From assembly GCA_002500505.1 (NCBI GenBank), contig DLRM01000008.1:50700-114699 (forward strand): 64,000 bases of DNA, written 5' to 3'. Positions 18,603 through 29,131 of this stretch are shown here, piece by piece. The first letter of the stretch is position 1; the number at the start of each line of letters is the position of its first letter. The position numbers were made by a program, and so were the translations under genes. The DNA is from Planctomycetes bacterium UBA7888 (lineage in GTDB: Bacteria; Planctomycetota; UBA1135). The notes under the pieces are model-generated. The model was not told where the DNA came from, made no database searches, and saw only the letters and a program-made list of their open reading frames with translations.

Positions 18603-20291
18603 ATGAACGAACTCCTCCTCACTGCAGGGATAATTCTCATTGGAGGAGCCATTTGCGGCGCTATTGCTCGATTTTTACGTCTTCCAACTTTGACCGGTTA
18701 CATCACCGCCGGCATTCTTCTTGGCCCTCAGTTACTGGACGCTCTCCCCCATGAGCATATTGAAGCCTTATCTGGCCCTATAAACGATGTCGCCATGGCC
18801 CTGGTTCTTTTTGTCTTAGGAGGGCAATTTCATGCAGAAAAATTAAGGAAAAGTGGAAAGAAAATCGTCACTTTTTCCTGCGTTGAAAGTCTATTTACTT
18901 TTTCCTGCGTCACTCTTCTCTGCCTTCCAGTTCTTCCGGGAATTGCCGGTCCTCTTCTCTTAGGAGTCATGGCTGTTGCCATCGCTCCCGCAACGACTCT
19001 TCTTGTCCTGGACGAGTTTGACGCTCATGGTCCCACCACCGACGCGGTCAAGTTGGTCACGGCCTTGTCAAATGTATGGGCGATTTTCTTTTTTGAGCTC
19101 GCTCTGCTTCTCCTCGTTTTCCTTTCCGGTGCGGGAGAAGCTGGCCCCCTGGATGCTACTTGGGATGTTTTTGGATCTCTTCTCTATGGACTCCTTGCTG
19201 GCCACGCTTTGATTGTCATCCAGGACCGTACGGGCCACGGTAATTACTCGCTCCCTCTTCTCGCAGTGATTGCCGCCACGATTGGAGCCTCCAAAGCTAC
19301 TGGTGTTCCCTACATGCTTGCCTTTTTGGTGACCGGTGCCGTTGTGGCCAATCGTTCCCGCTACTTTGAGCCCATTACAAAGTCCATGGAGGCCTTTGCC
19401 CCTCCTGCTTATGTTGCCTTCTTTGTCCTCTCTGGGCTGCACTTAGACTTCAGCCTTTTAGCCGACAATTGGATGGTCGCAGGTATCTATATCTTGGCAC
19501 GAACCATTGGGAAGATTGCCGGCGCAAGGGCAGGACTCAAGGTTGCGGGGCTCGAGTTTTTGCACCCTCAAGACCGAACATCTCCACCCGTGGGCTTATC
19601 CCTTTTATGTCAAGCAGGGGCCGCCATTGCTCTAGCCCACGTGGCCATGGACTATGACCCTGAGCTTGGCCAAACTCTTCTGAACATTATTCTTGGCGCA
19701 GTGGTTCTTTTTGAACTCGTTGGCCCCTTATTCGTCAAGCACGTTGCTGTCGCCGCAGGAGAAGTCAACATTGGCCACCTCCTCGTTCGAGGTAGCGAAG
19801 AAAGGGGGGATTCTCTTTTCTCATCCCTCCTGCGTTCCTTGCGAGGCCGCAAGCACTGGAGCGAGGAGGACCTCGCTGGCCTCACTCTTGGAAGAATTAT
19901 GGGCGGCACCGCCACACCTCTTCCTGAAGGAGCTGCCATGGACGAGATTCTTCGCTATGCCAACCATGCTCGCTCCAACCAATTTCCAGTTGTGGATTCC
20001 AACGGGAGCCTCGTGGGCATGATCCGCCTCCGTGACTTGGAGGAACTCGCATATGACCCCCATGCGGCCAGTCTTGTCATTGCCGGGGATCTCACTTCTC
20101 TTCCGACAGATGAGATTGCTTTGCCTGCGGATTCCACTCTTGAAGAAGCTGCAGCCTTTTTTACTAGTTTCCAAGGCAACAACTTGGTGGTTATTGAAAG
20201 CAAAGAAAAACCCCAATACCTTGGCATGGTGGAACGCGCAAACTTGTTAAGGCTCGTTAGCCAATTGGAGCAGTCTCGAGCGGATTCTTAG
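18603..20291 (+). CDS. Cation:proton antiporter with C-terminal CBS pair
   Basis: Many TM helices; APATT, FFVLSG, ARTIGK, QAGAAI motifs; FPVVD CBS motif. Confidence 0.85.
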   Translation: MNELLLTAGIILIGGAICGAIARFLRLPTLTGYITAGILLGPQLLDALPHEHIEALSGPINDVAMALVLFVLGGQFHAEKLRKSGKKIVTFSCVESLFTFSCVTLLCLPVLPGIAGPLLLGVMAVAIAPATTLLVLDEFDAHGPTTDAVKLVTALSNVWAIFFFELALLLLVFLSGAGEAGPLDATWDVFGSLLYGLLAGHALIVIQDRTGHGNYSLPLLAVIAATIGASKATGVPYMLAFLVTGAVVANRSRYFEPITKSMEAFAPPAYVAFFVLSGLHLDFSLLADNWMVAGIYILARTIGKIAGARAGLKVAGLEFLHPQDRTSPPVGLSLLCQAGAAIALAHVAMDYDPELGQTLLNIILGAVVLFELVGPLFVKHVAVAAGEVNIGHLLVRGSEERGDSLFSSLLRSLRGRKHWSEEDLAGLTLGRIMGGTATPLPEGAAMDEILRYANHARSNQFPVVDSNGSLVGMIRLRDLEELAYDPHAASLVIAGDLTSLPTDEIALPADSTLEEAAAFFTSFQGNNLVVIESKEKPQYLGMVERANLLRLVSQLEQSRADS

Positions 20292-20295
20292 CGCG

Positions 20296-22038
20296 CTATA
20301 GTTGCTTGAGCATTTTTTTCGCTTCCGCAGCTTCCGCAGTAGAACCGCCGTAATGAAGAACCCGTGAAAACGCTTCTCGCGCATCTGAAGTTCTTCCCAA
20401 GCTTGCCCAAACATGCCCAAGCGCTAACCAGGAGCGGAAATGTCGCGGATCCAGTTGAACAGCTTTGTTCAGGGCGACTTCCGCTTCAAACAAGAGCGAC
20501 TTGGGTGCTGCTCCTAAAGGATTTTCCCGAGACTTGCTTAGAAAGAGACTCCAATAGACCTCACCTTGTTCGTGCCACCTTGAGGGGTTCCTGGGATTCT
20601 CTTTGGTCAAGACCTTGGTAGCGGCCAGAGCCTGATTCCACTCTTCTCCTTCCAGAGCAATGAGCAAGTCCATCAGTGCCAACCGCGAAGAGCGCCCAGG
20701 AAAAGGGGTGGGCTTAGGAGGCATATCGCGAATCTTTTTTGCAGCCTTTAGGTTGTCCGTTCGCAAAGCCCTCGCAATGCCGCCCACGCGCGCTTCCACA
20801 CTCTCAGGTGCATGTCGAGCAGCATGAAGCCCCAATGCTTGAGGTGGTCCAGCCCAAGCCCAAGCATAATGCGCACTAATGCCTAACCAAAGAAAACCTA
20901 TCAAGAAAACGGCGGACCGAACGCGGTTCCCTGGCATGGACAAAGGGCGCCCCAGTGCCAAGAGAAGGCCACCAAGAGGCAATAGCAAATAGCGATCGGC
21001 AACCAAGGTCTCCATGAGAGGCTGGAAAGCCACCATCCAAGTGGGAGCTAAAGTTAGCAGGACAAAGATTAGGCCAAAAAGACTTAATCCATCGTGTTTG
21101 CGCCGCTTCCAGCCAACAACAAACCAAACAAGGGACAAACTAAGCGCCAGCCATCCAGAGGCAGCTGGCGGATGAGGGTGAAATAATCGAGGCCCCCAAG
21201 GTAGCAAGGAGAAATCCAAAGCCCAGCCTGCTGCGGAAAGCCAGCGTGTAAAAGCCTCAGGATGGAAACTCAACATGGCTTCCGTTCCGGAAGAACTTCG
21301 GAGAAGAAATCCGGCCAATAGCCCAATAGCCGAGGGCCAAAGCGCGTTCAACGCTCTTGCCTTATTCGGCAAGTCACCGCGCCAAGCCACCTGCAGACAA
21401 ATCAGAGAAACTAAAGGAAAGAAAACAAAACCCGTTTCTTTGGCTTGAGTGGAAAGAAAACCGAGAACACCAGCGAGAATGGCCCACCTCAACGCCTTTG
21501 AAGGGTTTGGATTTCTCAAGCAACGGAAAGTGGCCACCAAGGAGGCGCAAAGGAACGTCGCAAAGAGAACATCGTGCCGAGTTGCAAGCCAAGCAGCAGT
21601 CTCTACATGTGCTGGGTGAACTGCAAACAAAGAGCCCAATACCCAAGTGCCTCGCAGCCTTCGCCGCTCGCCGAGGTCGGGCCCCAACAGCAAGAGTACT
21701 TCGGAGGCTAAAGCTGTAAAGCTCGCCACCAGAGCTCCGTACCAAAGGGCTTGGTGCCAGTGGTAGCCCGCCCACTGCTCACCGAACAAGATGTGGTCCA
21801 ATCGCCAGCTGGCAATGGAAAGGGGTCGATGTAATGCCCCAAACCAATCGCGAAAAGCGGGTGGGAGGTCCCAGGTTTCAGCCCAGCTTTCTAAAGAAGG
21901 GATGTAACGGAGAAGGAAGGCCGTGTCGTCTCCAAAAAGGCCTGCACCAGCAAAGCTAATCCCTGCAATTGCCGCCGCCAAAACCCCCAGAACCCGCGCA
22001 GGGTGCTGAAGGATCCAGTCAAGGTCGAAGGAGGACAT
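20296..22038 (-). CDS. TMTC-like GT-C glycosyltransferase with C-terminal TPRs
   Basis: GDD, HRPL, LFAVHPAHVETAAW, ADRYLLLP motifs; TPR helices at the C-terminus. Confidence 0.75.
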   Translation of the reverse strand: MSSFDLDWILQHPARVLGVLAAAIAGISFAGAGLFGDDTAFLLRYIPSLESWAETWDLPPAFRDWFGALHRPLSIASWRLDHILFGEQWAGYHWHQALWYGALVASFTALASEVLLLLGPDLGERRRLRGTWVLGSLFAVHPAHVETAAWLATRHDVLFATFLCASLVATFRCLRNPNPSKALRWAILAGVLGFLSTQAKETGFVFFPLVSLICLQVAWRGDLPNKARALNALWPSAIGLLAGFLLRSSSGTEAMLSFHPEAFTRWLSAAGWALDFSLLPWGPRLFHPHPPAASGWLALSLSLVWFVVGWKRRKHDGLSLFGLIFVLLTLAPTWMVAFQPLMETLVADRYLLLPLGGLLLALGRPLSMPGNRVRSAVFLIGFLWLGISAHYAWAWAGPPQALGLHAARHAPESVEARVGGIARALRTDNLKAAKKIRDMPPKPTPFPGRSSRLALMDLLIALEGEEWNQALAATKVLTKENPRNPSRWHEQGEVYWSLFLSKSRENPLGAAPKSLLFEAEVALNKAVQLDPRHFRSWLALGHVWASLGRTSDAREAFSRVLHYGGSTAEAAEAKKMLKQL

Positions 22039-22056
22039 TCAGGGAAAGGGGGGAAA

Positions 22057-23136
22057 CTAGTCGCCCTTGCCCACTAGCATCCGCGTCATTGTCCCCAAAT
22101 CTAGAAGCATTGGTACAGATGGGTCATCACTATTGAGAGTGACGTTAGGAATCATCAAATTGGCAGTAGCCTCTAGCGCAAGGAGAATGCGGCCACCTTC
22201 AGAATTCAAAGCTGAGGTGCGGAGCTCATTTCGGATTGCCTCCGATTGGTCCAAGGCCAATTTTCCCTCGGCAATATCGATATCGCGTTTTGCCTCGCCC
22301 TCAGCTCGCTTCGTCGCTGAGTAAATCTCCGCCTTCGCAGCAATATCGGCAAGTAAAACCTGATACTCAGACGCCTTGTCTTGGAGTTTGTAATCCCATT
22401 CCGCAGTCAAAGCTTTTTCAGCAGCAACAATTTGTCGCTCAATCATGTTGACGACTTTTTGTTCGTTAGCCTGAGTTGCAAGAGCTCGGTCCAAATTCGC
22501 TTTCTGGCGAAGAAGTTGCTTCTCTTGAAGTTTGGACTCATATTGCCCTGAAAAGCCAAATCGTCGAACCAATACGCTTTCCGCTTCACAGTAAAACTCA
22601 GCAAGTTGTTCATTCAAGATTGGAAGAATTTGGGTGGTTCGCTCCAAGCGACTATCCGTTTCTTGGAAATCTTCGGAAGACAAGGTGGAAAGTTCAGAAC
22701 GAAGCACCCGCTCCACGGTGGACTGAACGCGATCGCGATACTCATGCTTCAGGCCATCTTGAACAACCTTGTACCCCAAACCTGGAATGATGTGGTACGG
22801 AATGGAAATATCCACTGAAACCACATTGTTGTCTCGAGTTCGAATCTCTTGAGAGGGTTTCCAAGAGTCGATAGAAGTCAAGGTTCGGCCTACTGGACGG
22901 TCCTTCGTAAAGTGAAGGAAGTGGGTTTCCCGAGGCAAGTAGTGCCACAGGTGGTACCCCGAAACTCCCAACTTGAATCCCTGAAGGTTGTCGGCAGGAA
23001 TGATGCCGCCTCCGCCCCACCGGGCCTGTTTAATCCCAATGACGTCAGGAGGAATCCGCTTAAAGCAGAAGGCAAACACGGCAGGCACTAAAAGAATAAG
23101 CACCAACAAGACAATTATGAAACGAGCATTTTTCAT
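22057..23136 (-). CDS. SPFH/band 7 domain protein
   Basis: N-terminal TM; IRTRDNNVVSVDISIPY SPFH core; Ala/Glu-rich coiled coil. Confidence 0.85.
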   Translation of the reverse strand: MKNARFIIVLLVLILLVPAVFAFCFKRIPPDVIGIKQARWGGGGIIPADNLQGFKLGVSGYHLWHYLPRETHFLHFTKDRPVGRTLTSIDSWKPSQEIRTRDNNVVSVDISIPYHIIPGLGYKVVQDGLKHEYRDRVQSTVERVLRSELSTLSSEDFQETDSRLERTTQILPILNEQLAEFYCEAESVLVRRFGFSGQYESKLQEKQLLRQKANLDRALATQANEQKVVNMIERQIVAAEKALTAEWDYKLQDKASEYQVLLADIAAKAEIYSATKRAEGEAKRDIDIAEGKLALDQSEAIRNELRTSALNSEGGRILLALEATANLMIPNVTLNSDDPSVPMLLDLGTMTRMLVGKGD

Positions 23137-24311
23137 CGTTTACCTCCAGTGGCAGGAACTGTTCCAATGTGTTCAATCCGAGTTGGGGCCGGATCGCGGC
23201 GATAAGGGATGATTTCGAATCGAATATTTGCCAGTTTTTGAGCAAGGGCTTCGCGAACCAAAATATCCCCTCGCTTTGCAAGGGATTCGACTTTGGCAAT
23301 AAGGCCTTCCGCCTCCTTTCTGGCCTCTGCTTCCTTTGCAGTAGCTTGCTGAATCATGCGTTGCTTCGAGGCTTCGCCATCTGCCACTTTGGAAATGTAA
23401 TCAGCATCTGCACTCTTTTCAATCTCCAACCGATCTCTCTCAGCAGAAATTCGCGCGGCCTCCATCTCACCCAACAATTGTTCATAGTCCGTAGCCTTAT
23501 CTCGCTCAATATTTGCCAAACGGCGCTCTCTCTCAAGCACTAGTTGCTCGGCTTCAATCTTGAGACGTTCGACTTCTTGGTTGGCCACCTTTCTATCCTC
23601 AATTGCCTCCTCGTAGGCTATTTCGAACTTTGGCTTTGGAGTGATAATCTGAATAATCTTCACTCCATGGGGCTCTAGCAAAGCGTTTAGCCGTTCGGTA
23701 GAGCGCTGAGTGGCCACCGAATAGCTGGTTGGGTCTGCAACCTCTTCGGCAGAAAAACGCCCAAATTCATCCCGAAGGATGGAACGCGCAAAGGTCCGCA
23801 CCCAATGGGACTTAAAGGAATCTCCAGCCCCACTGTCATAAAGGACATTCGGTGTTCTCGCAGTAATCAGCTGATATTGAATCTCCAAGGTTTCAAACCA
23901 AAAGTTAGAGCCATCGTTTGCACGCACGGTCAGCTTGCTGACATGGTTTGCATCGCGATCCTTTTCTCCTTCCATCACAAACTTGTTCGGCGATTTGTCA
24001 AAAACGAAAGCCTGTGAAAAGAAGGGCATAAAGATGCGGTAGCCGGGCATAGCAACAAGTTCCGATTCCCCGGTAAGGTAATTCACCACCACAGCAACCT
24101 CAGTATCCCGAACTTCGACGATGCCGCCTCGTCCAGTGACAAAAACGGCACCAAGGGAAATGAGCATCAGGAAGCCCACAATGCTAAAAAGAATCCCCTT
24201 GCCACTACTAAACAGCTTTGGCATTGAGGGGCCAGAAGGTCGCGCGGGCCTGGGTGGTGGATTTCCCCCAGATCCCCCGGAAGGAGTTTTGAATGGATTG
24301 AAGTCAGTCAT
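23133..24311 (-). CDS. SPFH/band 7 domain protein
   Basis: TM helix; VRANDG SPFH core; long coiled coil; ATGA overlap with partner gene. Confidence 0.85.
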   Translation of the reverse strand: MTDFNPFKTPSGGSGGNPPPRPARPSGPSMPKLFSSGKGILFSIVGFLMLISLGAVFVTGRGGIVEVRDTEVAVVVNYLTGESELVAMPGYRIFMPFFSQAFVFDKSPNKFVMEGEKDRDANHVSKLTVRANDGSNFWFETLEIQYQLITARTPNVLYDSGAGDSFKSHWVRTFARSILRDEFGRFSAEEVADPTSYSVATQRSTERLNALLEPHGVKIIQIITPKPKFEIAYEEAIEDRKVANQEVERLKIEAEQLVLERERRLANIERDKATDYEQLLGEMEAARISAERDRLEIEKSADADYISKVADGEASKQRMIQQATAKEAEARKEAEGLIAKVESLAKRGDILVREALAQKLANIRFEIIPYRRDPAPTRIEHIGTVPATGGKR

Positions 24312-24376
24312 GATGGTTTAGCTGGAATACTTTACAGGCATGGCAAAAATTTATTCAGTCTTCTCTTCAATTGGGT

Positions 24377-25288
24377 TCAAGAGAGCCAGAAGTTCGCTAT
24401 CTTAGTACCGACATCCTGGGCGGAAATGCCCACTTTCATTGGGATTAGCTGGATTCCTGGAAAATTGCGAATCCAAGTCGTTTGGCGACGAATTAAACGC
24501 CTCGTCGCAGTAATGGATTTCAGCGTGGCCTCAGACAAGGGGATGTCCTCCTCGAGATGCTCCAATACCTGCCGATATCCAATCGCTTGCCTCGCAGACC
24601 GTCCAAACCCGCTCCCGTCTAGAATCTTTCGAGTTTCCTCCAGAAGCCCCTCCTCCATCATGGCTCCAAATCGACCTTCTACTCGATTATGAGCTTGGGA
24701 ACGGTCCCAAATTAAGGCGGCTGCTGGCTCCTCAACAGGCCGATGCCCCTTCCATTGCTCTTGCCATTCCGAGAGCGGCTGCCCGGTTACACGCAGGGTT
24801 TCAACCCCTCGCAATAAACGCTTATCGTCATTCTCATGCAGTCTTCCATAGAGGTCTGGGTCGCCCCGTCGCAGTTCTTCTCGAAGGTCGGACCGGTTTC
24901 CATTCGCCAACTGTTCTTCAAGTTCAGTTCGAAGTGCTCCTGGAATGGGCGGGCCATCGAAAAGCCCAAAGAGCAGAGACTTGAAATAGAGACCCGTCCC
25001 ACCGACATATAAAGCCGCTTTGTCTCGTGAGCGCACATCCATCTCTGCTTTATGAGCTTCTTCAAGATACTTTGCAACAGAAAACTCCTCAGAGGGAGAC
25101 ACTAAATCCAATAAGTGGTGCGGGACCTTAGCCTGTTCCGCAGCCGTTGGTTTTGCAGTACCAATATTCATTCCACGATAAACCAACATTGAGTCCATGG
25201 AAAAAATTTCGGCATTTAATTTCTCGGCTAATTCCAGGGAAACTTCAGTCTTCCCCGACGCAGTCGGCCCCAAGAGAAAGTAGCGCAT
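24377..25288 (-). CDS. miaA: tRNA dimethylallyltransferase
   Basis: GPTASGKT, DSMLVYRGMNIGTAKP, VGGTGLY, QAIGY, RQTTW motifs. Confidence 0.97.
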   Translation of the reverse strand: MRYFLLGPTASGKTEVSLELAEKLNAEIFSMDSMLVYRGMNIGTAKPTAAEQAKVPHHLLDLVSPSEEFSVAKYLEEAHKAEMDVRSRDKAALYVGGTGLYFKSLLFGLFDGPPIPGALRTELEEQLANGNRSDLREELRRGDPDLYGRLHENDDKRLLRGVETLRVTGQPLSEWQEQWKGHRPVEEPAAALIWDRSQAHNRVEGRFGAMMEEGLLEETRKILDGSGFGRSARQAIGYRQVLEHLEEDIPLSEATLKSITATRRLIRRQTTWIRNFPGIQLIPMKVGISAQDVGTKIANFWLS

Positions 25289-26571
25289 CAAGCAGACTGT
25301 GGCTTCAAGACAGCCACGGAGGAATGTTCATCCTGAAAAAGTTCATGTGCCCGAGAGTGAATGGTGCCAGCCGTAACTGAATCCAGAATATCTAAAACTT
25401 CAAAGGGACGCTGCTCCATAAGTTGCGCGCTTAGCACAGAGGAAGCTAAAGCTTGAGGCGTTTGAAGTCCACTTACAAGGTTCCCCCAAGCGGACCGCCG
25501 TACTCTTTCAAGATCTTGCGCTCGAGGACCCTCTTCCAAAAACCGAGCTAGAGCTGACCGCACGCCTTCAACAAAAGATTCAGGGTGGTCCGTTTGGCCA
25601 CCAATTAAGGCATAGCTGTAATCAGAGTCGCCAGAGAAACCCGTATGAAAAGTTTCATCCACAACTTCCTTCTCATACAACTCTTGATGTAAAGGTGCGG
25701 CATCTCCAAGAGCCAAATCTAGAGCAAGCGAAGTCAAAACCTGGCGTTCGAGCAAAGGGCGCCCCAAGCCACAACCAGCTTTGTCCCGCCAGCCAATGCG
25801 CACTTGCGGACGCATCACGGGGAACTCCTCTTCAGCCCAGGCCTGATGGGGAGTCGAGGGTTCTTGCACAAGTTCTCTGACAACTTCAATTTGATTTTGT
25901 GAAGAAATTAAACGGTCTTCAACATAGGCAAAAATCTTTTCTGGATCCAAATCCCCAGCCAAGGACAGCCGCAAATTTTCAGGACGATAAAAGGCATCCC
26001 AACAGGTCTGCAACTGGGCGGCAGTCGTCCCTTGAACAGCCTCAACACTCCCCCCGGGTGGAATCCGAATTGGGTGCTGTTGGAACAATGCGCGATGGAG
26101 GAGAAAAAGGCCCCGGAAATGAGGGTTATCTTCGTACATTCGAACTTCTTGCTCAATGATTCCTTTTTCCTTTTCTACTCGCTCCTCGGTGATGAGAGGG
26201 CGCTGAACAAAATCCAAAAGAATATCGAGGCACTCCTCAAAGTGTCCGGCCGAAACAAACCAATAGGTGGTTGACCGGAAGCCTGTTCCACCATTAAAGT
26301 CAGCGCCTAATTTCCCGAAGCGGTCGAACACTTTCTCCTCTCGACCTTCAAAGAGCTTATGTTCCAAAAAGTGTGCACTTCCATCAGGGACTCGAATCGT
26401 TTTGCCGTCCACATGAAAGTCAGTGTCGGTTGAGCCATATCGAAGGCCGAAATGTCCTGCAGCCGATGAAAACCCCTTCTTCGGAGTAACCGCAATTTGA
26501 ACCCCTGAAGAGCTCTGGGCAGTCCATAGGGTCTCCCCCAAGCGCTTTGCTTTCAGTTGTTGGATATTCAT
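25288..26571 (-). CDS. M16 family Zn peptidase, catalytic subunit (YmfH-like)
   Basis: PDGSAHFLEHKLF (HxxEH); VEKEKGIIEQEVRMYED. Confidence 0.9.
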   Translation of the reverse strand: MNIQQLKAKRLGETLWTAQSSSGVQIAVTPKKGFSSAAGHFGLRYGSTDTDFHVDGKTIRVPDGSAHFLEHKLFEGREEKVFDRFGKLGADFNGGTGFRSTTYWFVSAGHFEECLDILLDFVQRPLITEERVEKEKGIIEQEVRMYEDNPHFRGLFLLHRALFQQHPIRIPPGGSVEAVQGTTAAQLQTCWDAFYRPENLRLSLAGDLDPEKIFAYVEDRLISSQNQIEVVRELVQEPSTPHQAWAEEEFPVMRPQVRIGWRDKAGCGLGRPLLERQVLTSLALDLALGDAAPLHQELYEKEVVDETFHTGFSGDSDYSYALIGGQTDHPESFVEGVRSALARFLEEGPRAQDLERVRRSAWGNLVSGLQTPQALASSVLSAQLMEQRPFEVLDILDSVTAGTIHSRAHELFQDEHSSVAVLKPQSA

Positions 26572-27857
26572 CACCCTTGCCCTCCTTCTAGGAGATACAC
26601 AAGGCTGGCATTCCATTGAGAGGCCATATTGGAAACCGAGTCTTTGTCCAAACTTTGAATCTTTTCTGCCCGTTCAGCAGGGCTGCGATGCATGCCCAGC
26701 ATGACCTCACGAGCTGAGTATCGAGACAAACCAGTCGCTGAATCACCAATCGTATCCAGATCATGAAGCAAACCGGCTCGGGCATCTTCAAGTTCCTGAT
26801 TCGAATAGTCTCCATGGACAAGGACCTGAACTTGGCGCAAGACTTCGTCTCGAACTTCCTCGTAGGCCTGCGCATCAATGCCAGCCCCCACCGTCAGGAT
26901 TCCTTTCTTAAGCCGCGTTCCTGCAGAAATTCCATAGCATAAAGATTTCTCCTCACGCACGACTCGAAAGAGACGGCTATGTGTGCCTCCTCCAAGCAAA
27001 GATGTGGCAAGGGAAAGCGCTTCCAAATCTTCACTTGAGGACAGCTCCGGGAAACGGAATCCCATTAAAAAGCGGGCTTGATCCATCGGCATCTGCTCAT
27101 GTACTTCCCGTAACTCGCTAGGAATGGGGGTCGCCTCATTGATGGGAGTTGAATCTCGTTCACTTCCCCCAAGCCAACTCTGAAGCCAGGGTGCGATGGA
27201 GTCAGCCTGAATCGGTCCTACAGCAATTGCAGTGACAGGTGCTCGTTTCACTAGACTAAGTCGTGCTGTGTCTACTTCTTCCGGAGTCAAGGAAAGAACC
27301 TTCTCCTCACTCTCCCATGGTGGAGTTCCATAGCTCTCGCCCTCGCATAGGCATTGCAGATATCGTTCACGCGCCCAAGCGGCTTTGTCATCCTTAAGAG
27401 TGCGGATTCTCAAGGCAAGCTGAGAACGCTCCCGTTGAAAGGAGGTAGCCTGAAAGGGGCTACCCGAAGAATCCGGAAGAGGCTTGCTCATGAGCTCTTG
27501 CCCAAGAGCCAATATTCCAGACTCTGCAACTTCACCCTCAGGCAAAAATTCAGCCCCAACCCAACTACAAGACAAAGTCATACGATGGGCATCGGCCAAC
27601 CTGTCTCCGTCAAGGGCTACGCACCCCCCCCACAATCCTTCCTCTTCACGAGTGAGCTCCATGCGGGATGGATGGCTTTGGGTCCCTTGCTCTAAAACCC
27701 TCCCTAGAAGAAAACGTGCGGGAGAAAAACCATCCGCCAATGCTCGGTCAAAATGAACTTCCAAGATTGCCCGCTTAAATCGCGAATCAGGGAGGGTGTA
27801 GAGATCCACACCAGGACAAGGGCTGGCGTGAGAAGGAGATGTTTTGAGGATGACCAT
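26571..27857 (-). CDS. M16 family peptidase, non-catalytic subunit (YmfF-like)
   Basis: LLGGGTHSRLFRVVREEKSLCY; no HxxEH; TGATG overlap with the catalytic partner. Confidence 0.85.
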   Translation of the reverse strand: MVILKTSPSHASPCPGVDLYTLPDSRFKRAILEVHFDRALADGFSPARFLLGRVLEQGTQSHPSRMELTREEEGLWGGCVALDGDRLADAHRMTLSCSWVGAEFLPEGEVAESGILALGQELMSKPLPDSSGSPFQATSFQRERSQLALRIRTLKDDKAAWARERYLQCLCEGESYGTPPWESEEKVLSLTPEEVDTARLSLVKRAPVTAIAVGPIQADSIAPWLQSWLGGSERDSTPINEATPIPSELREVHEQMPMDQARFLMGFRFPELSSSEDLEALSLATSLLGGGTHSRLFRVVREEKSLCYGISAGTRLKKGILTVGAGIDAQAYEEVRDEVLRQVQVLVHGDYSNQELEDARAGLLHDLDTIGDSATGLSRYSAREVMLGMHRSPAERAEKIQSLDKDSVSNMASQWNASLVYLLEGGQG

Positions 27858-27925
27858 GGGTGGCGGCAATGCCGGGGGACGAAACATCCTAGGAACCTCG
27901 GGGGAGCTTTTCTAAAGTAGCGCTA

Positions 27926-29131
27926 ATGCGAGCAGTCCTGCTGCACCCCCACGACCCGGATGTTCCCTACGCCTCCGGTGTCGGCACGATGATTAATACT
28001 TTCATTGCCTGTGCCCCAGAGGGCATGGAGATTGAACTTCTTGGCATTACCGGCAATCCCGAGAGCATCGAACTTGGGAAGTGGCGCACCACCACGGTGG
28101 ACGGGCGCACGATTCGCCACTTGCCCATTCTTGTGGACCACCCGTCCATTCGCTCCAGAATCCCTCTATCCCTTCGGTACACTTGCCTTCTAAAAAAGTG
28201 GTCTAAGAAAGTGGACCTTCAAGGCTCGAGCCTTCTTTTTCACCGCTTAGAAACGGCCTGGGGTGTTCGACATGTCCAGGCCCAAAAACTGATGTTTCTC
28301 CACTACCATGTTGATGACCAGATTTTGAATCCCAAGTCTGAAGTCACCTGGAGCAAGGTTCCGTGGCTGTATTTCGCCCTTGAGAAACGGATTCTCCCAA
28401 AAATGAACCGCCTCTGGTCCGAGCGCTCGGACGGAATTGAGTGGTGGAAAAACCGCTATCCCGTGCTGGAAGACCGAGCTGACTTTCTCCCCACTTGGGC
28501 AGAAGACCGAATTTTCTATCCCTTTCCAAAAGAACGCGCTGCAGACCTTCGTTCAAAGCTATGCGCTGCAGCGGGCTTAGATCCCAATAAAAAACTGGCC
28601 TTCTTTGCCGCACGATTCGAGGGCCAAAAAGACCCTATGCTTTTAATGCGAAGCTGGGAGGCCTTGCAAAAAATCGCTCCGGGTACCCAACTCGCCTTGG
28701 CTGGAGCTGGCTCTTGCGAAAATGAAATGCGGCAATTTTCTTCCCAGGCCGGCCTGGAATCCAAAATTGCCTTCTTGGGCACGGTCAACCAGAGCACCGT
28801 TGCAGACTGGCTCAATGCTTCCGATATTTTTGTGCTCTCCTCTGCCTTTGAGGGGATGGCGCTTTCCATGGTGGAAGCCCTTGCTTGCGGCGTCCCCGTC
28901 GTTACAACTCGCGTTGGAGAAGCACCAAGAGTCATAACCCATGCCTCACATGGGAGGATTGTGGACGATCGAACTCCGGAATCTCTTGCCGCAGCTGTCG
29001 CCGAGGTTCTCGTTCAGGAGCGAGATCCAGCCTCCTGCGTCCAAGCTGCCGAGCCCTACACACCGCGGAAAGTGCTTCAACCCGTTTATGACTCCATCCA
29101 CTCCCACGCCGAATCGAAGAGCCGAGCATGA
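27926..29131 (+). CDS. Glycosyltransferase family 4
   Basis: RFEGQK; SSAFEGMALSMVEALACGVPVV (E-x7-E). Confidence 0.92.
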   Translation: MRAVLLHPHDPDVPYASGVGTMINTFIACAPEGMEIELLGITGNPESIELGKWRTTTVDGRTIRHLPILVDHPSIRSRIPLSLRYTCLLKKWSKKVDLQGSSLLFHRLETAWGVRHVQAQKLMFLHYHVDDQILNPKSEVTWSKVPWLYFALEKRILPKMNRLWSERSDGIEWWKNRYPVLEDRADFLPTWAEDRIFYPFPKERAADLRSKLCAAAGLDPNKKLAFFAARFEGQKDPMLLMRSWEALQKIAPGTQLALAGAGSCENEMRQFSSQAGLESKIAFLGTVNQSTVADWLNASDIFVLSSAFEGMALSMVEALACGVPVVTTRVGEAPRVITHASHGRIVDDRTPESLAAAVAEVLVQERDPASCVQAAEPYTPRKVLQPVYDSIHSHAESKSRA

